From positions 1,792,001-1,856,000 of the forward strand of contig OZ257156.1 of NCBI GenBank assembly GCA_965279375.1: a DNA stretch of 64,000 nt, given 5' to 3'. The stretch comes from Gemmatimonas sp. GTDB taxonomy: Bacteria > Gemmatimonadota > Gemmatimonadetes > Gemmatimonadales > Gemmatimonadaceae. Numbering within the stretch: the stretch's first letter is position 1; the number at the start of each line of letters is the position of its first letter. This document shows, piece after piece, positions 19,145-28,610 of this stretch. Position numbers and translations under genes: made by a program. The notes beneath the pieces were generated by a model. That model made no database searches. It was not told the DNA's origin and saw only the letters and a program-made list of their open reading frames with translations.

Positions 19145-19801
19145 TCAGCGGAACGTCGTGATCCGCGACAGCGCGTGGCGATGAGAGACGAAACCTTCCT
19201 CGGCGCCGTAGCCGAGCGCAACCAATGCGGTGATCGTGGCCGAGCTCGGAAGGCCGAGGATGTCCTTTACCTTGGCGGCGTCGAAGCCGAGCATCGGCGA
19301 CGTGTCCAGCTGCAGCGTTTTCGACAACAGCAACAGATACCCAAGCGCGATGTTCGTCTGCGCGTTCCCCCACGTGGCGCGCACCTCCGGCGTCATGCCA
19401 CCGAAAGTACGCTTGAGCATGGCAACCGTGCTTTCGAACTTGTCCGCCGGCATGGCCGGGTTGACGACCTCTTCGATGTTCTCGAGCACGTTCTCCATGT
19501 CGGAGTAGAGCGCGATGACCACCGGTGCACTGACCACCTGCTGCTGTCCGTAGGCGGCATCGGAGAGCTGCTGCTTGAGCGCCGGGTTGCGTACGACGAC
19601 GAAGCGCCACGGCTGGACGTTGAAGGCTGACGGCGCCCGGGAGGTGAGCTCGAGCAGCTCTTCGATCTGGTCGGTGGTGACGTTCTCGTCGGAGTAAACG
19701 CGAACCGAGCGACGATCGAGCGCGGCATGCTCGGCGGTGATGGCGAGAGTGCCGCGATTGGTGGCGGTCACGAAGAGCGAGTTGTTGTCAGACGTACGCA
19801 T
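19145..19801 (-). CDS. Nitroreductase family protein
   Basis: RRSVRVY, APSAFNVQPWRFVVV, TSPMLGFD; GGAG RBS. Confidence 0.92.
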   Translation of the reverse strand: MRTSDNNSLFVTATNRGTLAITAEHAALDRRSVRVYSDENVTTDQIEELLELTSRAPSAFNVQPWRFVVVRNPALKQQLSDAAYGQQQVVSAPVVIALYSDMENVLENIEEVVNPAMPADKFESTVAMLKRTFGGMTPEVRATWGNAQTNIALGYLLLLSKTLQLDTSPMLGFDAAKVKDILGLPSSATITALVALGYGAEEGFVSHRHALSRITTFR

Positions 19802-19813
19802 GTTGCATCTCCT

Positions 19814-19841
19814 TTCGTTGTCACGATTTACGTTATAACAG
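19814..19841. promoter_or_regulatory. Candidate tandem MarR operators upstream of the nitroreductase
   Basis: TCGTTGTCACGA and CGTTATAACAG; similar boxes recur at the marR start. Confidence 0.45.
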
Positions 19842-19867
19842 GTATTACTTCAAAAAAACGCCAGCTT

Positions 19868-20338
19868 TCAACTGTTTGGACAGCGCCGTTTGACGTCGCC
19901 GAGGAGGGCGACGAGCTGTTGGCGCGATTCGGTGCCGAGGTCCGCGAGCGCTTCGGCTTCAGCCGTTTGCACGTCCGGGCGGGCGCGCTCGAGCGCGTCC
20001 ACGCCGAGTTGCGTAAGGCGGCCGTGGACAGCGCGGCGGTCCTTCTGGTCCCGTTCACGCGACACAAAGCCGACACTTTCAAGCCTGTCTAGCAACCGCG
20101 TGACATCAGGCGCCGGGCCGGCCAGCTTTTGACCGAGTTCGCTGCAGCGGAGGCCGTCGTCGCCCACCTCATGCATCGCCTGAAGCACGAAGTACTGGGT
20201 TGGCGTGAGCTGATGCGGTTCCAGGGCGCGCGCCAACAGCAACTCGACGTGGGCCGCAGCGGTGCGAATACCTCGCACCGCCTGTGAGACCTCCGCCGCG
20301 TCCTGCAGATCGAGCGCTGCCACGTCCTCGCTAGCCAT
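19868..20338 (-). CDS. MarR family transcriptional regulator
   Basis: LTPTQYFVL, PDVTRLLDRLE, DRRAVHGRLTQLG; start at MASED. Confidence 0.9.
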   Translation of the reverse strand: MASEDVAALDLQDAAEVSQAVRGIRTAAAHVELLLARALEPHQLTPTQYFVLQAMHEVGDDGLRCSELGQKLAGPAPDVTRLLDRLESVGFVSRERDQKDRRAVHGRLTQLGVDALERARPDVQTAEAEALADLGTESRQQLVALLGDVKRRCPNS

Positions 20339-20444
20339 GCGACAACGATAGTCGTTGCAACAAGTGTTGTCCATGGGCGATCTTCGCCTTCGCTACCGCG
20401 GCGAGCAGCGCTCGGATACATTGCGGCTCCTGAAGTTGACTTCC

Positions 20445-20515
20445 GGCGCCGTCGCCAAGTGGTAAGGCAGGAGACTGCAAATCTCCCACCGTCGGTTCGA
20501 TTCCGACCGGCGCCT
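20445..20515 (+). tRNA. tRNA-Cys (GCA), CCA not encoded
   Basis: Acceptor stem GGCGCCG/CGGCGCC, D-loop AAGTGGTAA, anticodon arm GGAGA-CTGCAAA-TCTCC, T-arm GTCGG-TTCGATT-CCGAC, U discriminator; TACATT -10-like box upstream. Confidence 0.97.
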
Positions 20516-20591
20516 CTCGTATTCGCTCCCCCACCGCAAAAGTTGGAACCGCCGAGCTCGAGTGACTTGGGCGCGAGCGAGACAAAGCACG

Positions 20592-20621
20592 AGAGCCCCA
20601 CCGGCGACGGTGGGGCTCTTT
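20592..20621 (+). terminator. Rho-independent terminator downstream of tRNA-Cys
   Basis: AGAGCCCCACCG-GCGA-CGGTGGGGCTCT-TT: 12-bp stem with GNRA loop. Confidence 0.8.
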
Positions 20622-20683
20622 GCGTTCCTGCGGGGCCCTGGCGGCGGCCGCCAGGGCGAGTATGCGTCTCTCGAAGCCAGCCG

Positions 20684-21670
20684 CTACCACCGCGCCGCGA
20701 AATCGTAGAAGCCCGCGCCGCCGCGGGTGTCGTTGATCCGGATCACGGCGGTGTAGTCGTTCCGCGCGTTCGGCTGCTGCACCACGTCGATGTCACCGCG
20801 CCCCTCGCGCCGGTCGATGATCACGTCGACTGCACGGCGCGGCAGCGCGGCACCGCGCAGGTCGCTGCGCACGTCTTCGATGCGCGCACCGCTTCGGGTG
20901 ATGTAGTCCACACGCGAGCCGCGGATGCGGATTTCGGCGACGGCGTCCACTCGGCCGCTCCACTGGAGTGCGCCGCGGTCCGCGTTGCCGTAGCCACCAC
21001 CGTATCCACCATTCCCGCCACGGTCGTTGCGACCATCACGATCGCGATCGTTGCGATTGCGGTCGTCACGGTCGCGGTTCCAGTCGCCGTTCCGACGGTC
21101 GTCATCGCGACGGTCCTCATCCTGCCAGTACGCCGTCAGCTGGTAGCGGTCGGCGCCGCCACGTGGATCCTGGATGCGAATGACCGCCTGATAGCCGTTG
21201 CGCGGTGACGGTTGCTCGATGACGCCGATGTTGCCGCGTCCCTCATTCACGTCGAGCACGAGCACACCATATGATCGCGGCATGCTGCTGTTTACTCGCA
21301 CGCGATTCGGCAGGTCGCGATCGCGCCCCTGCGTCGTCACATCGCGACCACGCACCACGATGAATACATCGCTGTCCACCGTACCCGACCACGAGAACAG
21401 TCGCGAGGCCCCGCGCCGGTCGCCGCGGATATCACCTGCCCGCACGTCATACCGCACGTACCGATCCTCCACACGGCCATCAACACGGTTCTTGGCGTCG
21501 GCACGCTCGAGTGGGACATCGACTGATGGCGACACGCTTGGCGTTGCGCCGATGCGCTCGATGGCGGCGCCCTGTGGCGCAGCCTGCGGTGCAGCGAGCG
21601 CTGGCTGGGACACACTCAGCAACGCGGTGGACGCGGATACGACGGCAGCGCTCCAACGAAACAGCGACAT
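20684..21670 (-). CDS. Secreted hypothetical protein with a duplicated ~95-aa domain and D/R/N-rich linker
   Basis: AGGAGG RBS, signal peptide, two copies of WSGxVD...EGRGxIxVxxQP..RNxYxAVIRIxDxRGGA..Y...xW. Confidence 0.8.
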   Translation of the reverse strand: MSLFRWSAAVVSASTALLSVSQPALAAPQAAPQGAAIERIGATPSVSPSVDVPLERADAKNRVDGRVEDRYVRYDVRAGDIRGDRRGASRLFSWSGTVDSDVFIVVRGRDVTTQGRDRDLPNRVRVNSSMPRSYGVLVLDVNEGRGNIGVIEQPSPRNGYQAVIRIQDPRGGADRYQLTAYWQDEDRRDDDRRNGDWNRDRDDRNRNDRDRDGRNDRGGNGGYGGGYGNADRGALQWSGRVDAVAEIRIRGSRVDYITRSGARIEDVRSDLRGAALPRRAVDVIIDRREGRGDIDVVQQPNARNDYTAVIRINDTRGGAGFYDFAARW

Positions 21671-21733
21671 GAGACCTCCTGATCCAAACGTCGGCGGGGC
21701 CCGCTAGCAGCACGGGGTTCGGTGACGAGTGTG

Positions 21734-21748
21734 GCATCAGTGGTGCCG
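21734..21748 (-). promoter_or_regulatory. Candidate sigma54 promoter
   Basis: CGGCAC-CACTG-ATGC, about 64 nt upstream of ATG 21670. Confidence 0.4.
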
Positions 21749-21985
21749 CTGCGGTCGCCGCCCCCTGTCGCCCACGCCGCCCGAGCCAACGCCATGTCCC
21801 GTCGACAGATAGCGGATATCGGGCTGCTCGCTCGGCGCACACCGCGAGAGCGTGGTGTCCAACTGCGGTGACACACCGGCGTATCCGGAATGGAAACGCC
21901 AACCGGAAGGCCGTCAGCGTGAGCGGGCGCAGGGCATTTCGTGCGGCCCCGCGAGGTCCTGCGAGAAAGCGACGCTGACCGCCTG

Positions 21986-22750
21986 CTAAAACCGCCAGCG
22001 CACCGACGTCGCGCTCACTTCCACATCGTGCCGCGTCACCAGCCATCCGCTGAGCGTGCCCACGGTCGCACCGGCCACCACATCGCTGGGCCAATGACGA
22101 GCACCGTACACGCGGGCACCCGCGACCAACGTGGCCGCGGTGAAGAGCGCGGGGCCAGCGACACGCGCAACTCGTGGCGAGCGCTGACGAAGCACCACCG
22201 TGGCGGCTGTCGCGAAGGCAAAGCTGCTGGAGGTGTGCCCCGAGGGAAACGAGGTGCGGCCGGGGGTGTTGAAGCCTTTCCCCACACCGAACACGTTGGG
22301 CGTCTGCTCGTTCACGAATGGGCGACGGCGCCCGAACGCGCCCTTGAAAAAGCCGTTGATCAACGCGTTGGCCACAATCGCCTCACTCGTGCGCACGCCA
22401 ACCTGTGTGAGACTCGGCGACCGCGTCGCGTAGCCGGCGCCGAGCATCGTAACGCTGGCGCCTACGAACCCGACGCCGCCTAAGAGGTTGAAGAGGTCCG
22501 CCGAGCTTTGCAGGAATGCAGACTCCTGCGGGGCAGGCGAGCGCATTTCGTGCAGCAACGTACGATCGAACGGCCACAGTATCAGCGCCGCGGTGCCGCC
22601 TGACGCGCCAATCACCAGCGCCGGATGTCTGGCAACGAATCCGCGCGATGAATCGGCGACGGGCGCGGCCTGCGCGGCGATCGGACCAGCGATCGCCGCG
22701 TGAGCGAACGTGAGCGCCGCCAATCGCCGCGCGGCGCGACGCGTCATCAC
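21986..22750 (-). CDS. PAP2 family phosphatase
   Basis: KGAFGRRRP, SFPSGH, ARVYGARHWPSDV; signal-like N-terminus; start overlaps the ROK stop. Confidence 0.9.
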   Translation of the reverse strand: MMTRRAARRLAALTFAHAAIAGPIAAQAAPVADSSRGFVARHPALVIGASGGTAALILWPFDRTLLHEMRSPAPQESAFLQSSADLFNLLGGVGFVGASVTMLGAGYATRSPSLTQVGVRTSEAIVANALINGFFKGAFGRRRPFVNEQTPNVFGVGKGFNTPGRTSFPSGHTSSSFAFATAATVVLRQRSPRVARVAGPALFTAATLVAGARVYGARHWPSDVVAGATVGTLSGWLVTRHDVEVSATSVRWRF

Positions 22751-23967
22751 GCCACCTGCGGTGCTGCGTACGATGGGGCCGCGACGAGCGCCGTGGCGCC
22801 GCGTAACCTCGGCGATACCCCCGGCGGCTCCACGAGAATCGGTGTGGCCGCTGCGCTCGAGGTGAGCGCTCGCTCTTGAATGACACGACGGATGATCGGC
22901 TCGATGCGATCCCAGGCGTCGGTGATTTCACCGCCGACAATGACGTGCTCCGGATTCAGCGCGCTGATGATCATTGCGATTCCGAGTCCGAGGAATCGCG
23001 CCGTTTCGTCGAGCGCAAACGCCGCGCGTTCATCGCCCGAACGTGCGCGAGCGATCACGTCTGCCACGGAAAGGCCGCTGTCGCGCAGGTACTGCCGCGT
23101 TTCCTCGCTGGCGAGTTCGCGTCCGAGATAGCGCGACAGCGTTGCGAGGTTAGAGGTGTGCGCTTCGAGGCAGCCGCGGTTGCCGCAGAGGCAGAGAGGG
23201 CCACCGAGGTCGAGCGGGATGTGGCCGAACTCGCCCGCCGTGTGCGAATGCCCGCGAATCACCTGTCCATTGACGACGATGCCGACACCCACGCCGTCGG
23301 AGACAGTGACATAAGCGAAGTCGCTGCCGCCTTCCTTGCTGCGCTGGCCGAGCCACGTGTGCGCGAGGGCGCAGGCGATGGGTGCGTTCTCGATGTGCAC
23401 GGCGAGCCCGGTGGCTTTCGCGATCGCATCCCGCACGTCCACGTCGCGCCAGCCCAGCTGCGGTGAGTTGAGGATGCGTCCCGTGCGTTGATCCACCATG
23501 CCCGGTACCACGAGGCCGATGCCTTCGCAGCGCCCGCTGACCTTGTGTGCGTCGAGCAGCTGCTGGGTGCGTGCGACGATCGTGTCGATGAACTGGGACG
23601 GGTCGACGACGGTATCGAAGGCGTCGGTGGCGACCGCGTTGCCGGCGAAATCGCCGAGCATCATGTACGTGCGGCTGAAGCGCACGTCGATGGCGACGAC
23701 CAGCCGATCGCGCGTGCGGACAAAGAGCATCTTGGGCTTCCGGCCGCGTGGTGCGTCGACCGTTTCGCCTTCATAGATGGCCTCTTCGGCCAGCAGCTCG
23801 TCCACCAGCGAGGTGACCATGCCGCGGCCGATGTGCATCTGGCGCGCGAGGTCGGCCCGGGAGATGGGCTGATGGTCCCGCACGAGGTTGAGCAGGATCT
23901 GGCGATTGATTTCACGGGGCGTCGAGCGCGTGGCTCGGACGAACCGTCGGGTGTCGATCTTCCGCAA
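22747..23967 (-). CDS. ROK family transcriptional repressor (XylR/NagC-like)
   Basis: N-terminal HTH (ISRADLAR, GRKP), GEFGH and CLCGNRGCLE zinc motif; TTG start. Confidence 0.93.
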   Translation of the reverse strand: MRKIDTRRFVRATRSTPREINRQILLNLVRDHQPISRADLARQMHIGRGMVTSLVDELLAEEAIYEGETVDAPRGRKPKMLFVRTRDRLVVAIDVRFSRTYMMLGDFAGNAVATDAFDTVVDPSQFIDTIVARTQQLLDAHKVSGRCEGIGLVVPGMVDQRTGRILNSPQLGWRDVDVRDAIAKATGLAVHIENAPIACALAHTWLGQRSKEGGSDFAYVTVSDGVGVGIVVNGQVIRGHSHTAGEFGHIPLDLGGPLCLCGNRGCLEAHTSNLATLSRYLGRELASEETRQYLRDSGLSVADVIARARSGDERAAFALDETARFLGLGIAMIISALNPEHVIVGGEITDAWDRIEPIIRRVIQERALTSSAAATPILVEPPGVSPRLRGATALVAAPSYAAPQVA

Positions 23968-24032
23968 AGTGGGAGGGAGGAGGGAAAGCGGATATTGCGG
24001 CCCGGAGGGATGGAAGGTACACTCCCGAAGGA

Positions 24033-24053
24033 TTTGTTTCTAGCAAGAACAAA
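24033..24053. promoter_or_regulatory. Putative ROK operator 1 (between rok and uxaC)
   Basis: TTTGTT-TCTAGCAAG-AACAAA, 2 nt before the uxaC ATG. Confidence 0.75.
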
Positions 24054-24055
24054 AT

Positions 24056-25519
24056 ATGACTCCCCGCCTCCCTCCCGACCGCTTCTTCGACGCCGACCCC
24101 TCGCAACGCCGGGTCGCGCGCGCCCTCTACGAAGAGACCGCAGCCCTTCCACTGATCTGCCCCCATGGGCACGTGGACCCGGCGCTCCTCTCGGACAATC
24201 GGCCGTTCCCCGAGCCGACGGCGCTCCTGATCACCCCGGACCACTACATCTTCCGCATGCTGTACTCGCGGGGAGTGCCGATGGAGTCGCTGGGGATCCC
24301 GTCGCGCGACGGCACCCCGGTCGAGACGGATCCGCGTCGAATCTGGCAGCTCTTCGCCGATCACTACTACCTCTTCCTCGGCACCCCCACGGGCGCCTGG
24401 CTCTCGCATGAGCTCGTCGAGGTGTTTGGCATCGAGACGCCGCTGACCGGCGAGACGGCGCAGCGGGTCTACGACGAGATCGCCGAACGGCTTCAGTCCC
24501 CCGAATACCTGCCGCGGGCGCTGTTCGAGCGTTTTCGGATCGAGGTGCTGGCTACGACGGACGCGGCCACGGACACGCTGAGCCACCACCAGTCGATGCG
24601 CGACGCCGGCTGGCGGGGAACGGTGATTCCCACGTTCCGCCCGGACGCCCTGTTCCGCATCAGCCTCTCCGGCTGGAGCGGAGAACTGGCAGCGCTGGAG
24701 CGAGCGGTCGGACGCAGCCTCGGCTCGTACGACGATTTCCGCGCGGCCTTGGCGGACCGGCGTGCGTTTTTCAAGCAGCTGGGGGCGACGGCGACGGACC
24801 ATGCAGTGGTCGAGCCCTACACCGAGTGGCTGTCTCCCGAGGCGATCGACGCGCTGTATCAGAAGGCGCGTAGCGGTGTGGCCACGGCGGCTGACCAGCG
24901 CGCGTTCGAAGCGCATTTGCTCATCGAGATGGCGCGGCAGTCCGTGGAAGACGGGCTGGTCATGCAGCTCCATCCCGGATCGCTACGTGACCACAACGCG
25001 CGCATTCATGCGCGCTACGGACCGGACAAGGGCGCGGATATTCCCGTCGCCACGGAATACACGCGCAATCTGCGCGGCCTCCTCGAACGCCACGGCAACG
25101 ATTCGCGCCTGACGCTGGTCCTCTTCACGCTGGACGAGTCTACGTACGCACGCGAGTTGGCGCCGCTGGCCGGGCACTACCCCGCGCTGCGTCTTGGGCC
25201 ACCGTGGTGGTTCCACGACTCCATTCAAGGGATGGTGCGTTTCCGCGAGCAGGTGACGGAAACAGCCGGTCTCTGGAACACCGCTGGCTTCAACGATGAC
25301 ACGCGCGCCTTCTGCTCGATTCCGGCGCGGCATGATCTCAACCGTCGTGTGGACGCGAACTGGTTGGCCGGACTCGTTTCGAAGCACATCATCTCCATGG
25401 ATGAAGCGCGTGTGATGGCGCATGCCGCCGCGTACGGCCTCGTGCGCGAGACGTATCGACTCGATCGCGGCGCGGCGCGCGCTGCGGCGTCCGAACCGCT
25501 CACCGGCGGCGTGGCGTGA
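24056..25519 (+). CDS. uxaC: Uronate isomerase
   Basis: CPHGHVDP, PDHYIFRML, LGPPWWFHDS, GFNDDTRAFCSIPARHD. Confidence 0.95.
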   Translation: MTPRLPPDRFFDADPSQRRVARALYEETAALPLICPHGHVDPALLSDNRPFPEPTALLITPDHYIFRMLYSRGVPMESLGIPSRDGTPVETDPRRIWQLFADHYYLFLGTPTGAWLSHELVEVFGIETPLTGETAQRVYDEIAERLQSPEYLPRALFERFRIEVLATTDAATDTLSHHQSMRDAGWRGTVIPTFRPDALFRISLSGWSGELAALERAVGRSLGSYDDFRAALADRRAFFKQLGATATDHAVVEPYTEWLSPEAIDALYQKARSGVATAADQRAFEAHLLIEMARQSVEDGLVMQLHPGSLRDHNARIHARYGPDKGADIPVATEYTRNLRGLLERHGNDSRLTLVLFTLDESTYARELAPLAGHYPALRLGPPWWFHDSIQGMVRFREQVTETAGLWNTAGFNDDTRAFCSIPARHDLNRRVDANWLAGLVSKHIISMDEARVMAHAAAYGLVRETYRLDRGAARAAASEPLTGGVA

Positions 25520-27087
25520 GCGAGACGGCACAGCCGCTGACCACGCTCGCGCGGTCCGCGGCATCTAAATCGCCGTCTGACGTCTCAGGCGCGCTGCTGG
25601 CGGTGCGCGTGGATGCGGCGGACGATGTGGCAGTAGCGCTGCGCGCGCTCGATGCAGGCACGTCGGTCACCGTTGATGGCACGACAGTCGTGACCACCGA
25701 AGCGATCGACGCGGGGCACAAGATCGCGCTCCACGACATGGCCGTCGATGCGATCGTGCACAAGTACGGCGTGCCGATCGGTAGCGCGACGGAAGCGATC
25801 GCCGCAGGCGCTTGGGTGCATACGCACAACCTCGCTACGCGATTGAACGATGGTGCGGGGTACGTGCGTCGCGCGAGCTACGGATCGGTGGCGCCGTCGT
25901 ACAACGCTGCCATGCCCACGTGGGAAGGCTATCGTCGAGCCGACGGCCGCGTGGCCACGCGCAACGAGATCTGGGTGATCAACACGGTCGGCTGCGTGAA
26001 CACCGCAGCCGAACGCATCGCGCGCGCCGCAAGCGAACGATTTGCCGGAAAAGTCGATGGCATTCACGCCTTCGCGCATCCGTACGGTTGCAGTCAGCTC
26101 GGCGATGACCTGACGCACACGCAGGCAGTACTGGGCGGTCTGCTCCGCAATCCCAATGCGGGCGGCGCGCTGGTGCTCGGACTCGGCTGCGAAAACAATC
26201 AGCTACCGTCTTTCCTGCAAGCATCGGCGCCGAGCGACATGTCGCGGCTGCGTTCGTTCAACACGCAGGAAGTGGACGACGAAATCGAAGCGGGAGTGCA
26301 GGCGATCGGCGAGTTGATCGAACGCCTTGCCGCAGACCGTCGAGAGACGGTGCCCGCGTCATCGCTCGTGCTGGGGCACAAGTGCGGTGGCTCCGATGGC
26401 TTCAGTGGCCTCTCGGCGAATCCGTTGCTCGGGCGACTGGCCGACCGCGTCACATCGCTTGGCGGCACCGTCGTGTTGACGGAAGTGCCGGAGATGTTCG
26501 GCGCCGAGCAGGTGCTGCTCGATCGTGTGGTGAGTGACGCGGTGTTTGACGACGTGACGCGCATGGTGGATGAGTTCAAGGCGTACTTCGTGCGACACGG
26601 TCAGCCGGTGTACGAGAATCCCTCGCCGGGCAACAAGGCGGGCGGATTGACCACGCTCGAGGAGAAGTCGCTCGGTGCGATTCAAAAGGGTGGTCGCGCA
26701 CCAGTGACGGGCGTGCTGCGCTACGGAGAAGCGGTGCGTGCCGGCGGGCTGCAATTGCTGGAAGCGCCCGGTAACGACGGCGTCTCATCCACGGCCATGA
26801 CCGCGAGCGGCGCGACGATGCTGCTCTTTACCACGGGTCGCGGCACGCCGCTCGGCTTTCCCGTACCGACGCTCAAGGTGTCGAGCAACTCGGGTATCGC
26901 GCAGCGCAAGCCGCACTGGATCGACTTCGACGCGGGTCGCTTGCTGACCGGTGCGCGCACGATGGACGCGCTCACCGACGAACTGTTCGCGCTCGTGCTC
27001 GATGTGGCGAGTGGCCGCAAACAGGCACGCAACGAAGTGCACGGCTATCGCGAGATCGCGATCTGGAAGCATGGAGTGACGCTGTGA
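25516..27087 (+). CDS. uxaA: Altronate dehydratase
   Basis: SAF domain (GHKIAL, HTHNL), HPYGCSQLGDD, KCGGSDGFSG, ENPSPGNKAGGLTTLEEKSLG, EIAIWKHGVTL. Confidence 0.95.
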   Translation: MSETAQPLTTLARSAASKSPSDVSGALLAVRVDAADDVAVALRALDAGTSVTVDGTTVVTTEAIDAGHKIALHDMAVDAIVHKYGVPIGSATEAIAAGAWVHTHNLATRLNDGAGYVRRASYGSVAPSYNAAMPTWEGYRRADGRVATRNEIWVINTVGCVNTAAERIARAASERFAGKVDGIHAFAHPYGCSQLGDDLTHTQAVLGGLLRNPNAGGALVLGLGCENNQLPSFLQASAPSDMSRLRSFNTQEVDDEIEAGVQAIGELIERLAADRRETVPASSLVLGHKCGGSDGFSGLSANPLLGRLADRVTSLGGTVVLTEVPEMFGAEQVLLDRVVSDAVFDDVTRMVDEFKAYFVRHGQPVYENPSPGNKAGGLTTLEEKSLGAIQKGGRAPVTGVLRYGEAVRAGGLQLLEAPGNDGVSSTAMTASGATMLLFTTGRGTPLGFPVPTLKVSSNSGIAQRKPHWIDFDAGRLLTGARTMDALTDELFALVLDVASGRKQARNEVHGYREIAIWKHGVTL

Positions 27088-28610
27088 CCACCGCGCGTCC
27101 GACGTTGTCGCGTGCGCTCACGTCAGCACTGTCCGGCGACCTGCGCGTGAACGAGGCACTGTTCAACCTTCCAGAAAGGGCCGTGCAGTTCGGCACCGGT
27201 GCGTTCCTGCGTGGATTTGTCGATGCCTTCATCGATGAGGCGAATCGCCGCGGCCAGTTCCTGGGGCGCATCGTCGCGGTCGGTTCCACGGGTAGCGGTC
27301 GTGATCGCGCGCTCGCCGAGCAGGACGGGCTGTATACGTTGGCCGTGGCCGGTGTGGCTGGCGGGCGTGCCGTGGAGTCGCAGCGCGTGATCAGTGCGGT
27401 CAGTCGCGCCGTGTCGGCGAGTACGCAGTGGGCAGATGTGCTCGCGTGTGCACGTGCCCCGGAGATTCGCGTGATCTTCTCCAATACCACCGAAGCCGGT
27501 ATCGCGCGTGATCTCCGCGACGATGCACCGGAAGCGTTGGCGTTCAGTGGTAGTAGCGCACCGTTCTCGTTTCCCGCCAAACTCACGCGCTTTCTCTATG
27601 AGCGCGCGGTCGCGTTCAACTATGCGAACAGCGCGGGCGTAGTGGTGGTGCCGTGCGAGCTGATCGAAGCCAATGGAGACTTGCTGCAGCAGCTCGTGCG
27701 CGAGCAAGCTGCGCAGTGGGTGCTGGGTGATCGATTCAGTGGGTGGCTGACGGAAGCGGTGCCGTTCTGCAACACGCTTGTGGACCGGATCGTGCCGGGC
27801 GCGCCGTTAGCGACGGAGCGCGAACGGCTTGAGCAATCGCTGGGCTACAGCGATGCGCTGTTGACGACTGCCGAGCCGTACGCGCTGTTTGTGATCGAAG
27901 GGGATGCGGCGCTGGCCGCACGGCTCGGGTTCGTGGACGCCGCGGGTGTGATTCGCGTGGTTCCGGACGTGCGACCATATCGCGAGCGGAAAGTGCGTCT
28001 GCTCAACGGCACACACACCGCGATGGCCGCGATCGGTGTGCTGCATGACATCCCGACCGTGCACGCGGCGATGCAGTCGCCGGCAGTCGCGTCATTGCTG
28101 ACGCAGCTGGTGCGACAGGACCTCGTGCCGTGGCTCGACGTTCCCGATGCGGCGCCCTTTGCCGACGAAGTGCTGGACCGCTTTGCGAATCCGCAGGTGC
28201 AGCATCGGCTGACCGACATCGCGACACAGAGCACGCTCAAGTGGAAGGTGCGTCTGCTGCCGATGCTGTTGCGTCATCTCGAGGCACACAGTGGCAGTCC
28301 TCCCTCGACGCTGATCGCGGCACTGGCGGCGCAGTTGTATCTGTCGCATCCGACCGAGCGCGCGCGACGAGCGGCAGCGGGCGTTGCCGGCTTTCGCGAC
28401 GACAACGGCGATCTGGTGACGGCCCATTGGGAAGCGGCTGGCGTCGATGCGATCGATGGCTTCGTGGAGCGAGCGCTGAGGGACGAGCGCCTCTGGGACG
28501 CCGATCTGCACCACTACGACAGACTCGCTGCAGCGCTTTCCGAGTCGCTGCACCGGTTGCATCATGACGGTCCCTCCTCCCTCCTCTCTCCCGCCTTGGT
28601 CTCGTCATGA
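27084..28610 (+). CDS. uxaB: Tagaturonate reductase (altronate oxidoreductase)
   Basis: QFGTGAFLRGFVD, SNTTEAGI, SFPAKLT, PCELI, NTLVDRIVPG, KVRLLNGTHT, DRFANP. Confidence 0.92.
   Translation: MTTARPTLSRALTSALSGDLRVNEALFNLPERAVQFGTGAFLRGFVDAFIDEANRRGQFLGRIVAVGSTGSGRDRALAEQDGLYTLAVAGVAGGRAVESQRVISAVSRAVSASTQWADVLACARAPEIRVIFSNTTEAGIARDLRDDAPEALAFSGSSAPFSFPAKLTRFLYERAVAFNYANSAGVVVVPCELIEANGDLLQQLVREQAAQWVLGDRFSGWLTEAVPFCNTLVDRIVPGAPLATERERLEQSLGYSDALLTTAEPYALFVIEGDAALAARLGFVDAAGVIRVVPDVRPYRERKVRLLNGTHTAMAAIGVLHDIPTVHAAMQSPAVASLLTQLVRQDLVPWLDVPDAAPFADEVLDRFANPQVQHRLTDIATQSTLKWKVRLLPMLLRHLEAHSGSPPSTLIAALAAQLYLSHPTERARRAAAGVAGFRDDNGDLVTAHWEAAGVDAIDGFVERALRDERLWDADLHHYDRLAAALSESLHRLHHDGPSSLLSPALVSS

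Noticed and set aside
21480..22094. 204-aa ORF bridging the PAP2 gene and the secreted repeat protein gene
   Set aside because: Overlaps both neighbours out of frame and has no motifs; 21671-21985 is better read as a promoter region.
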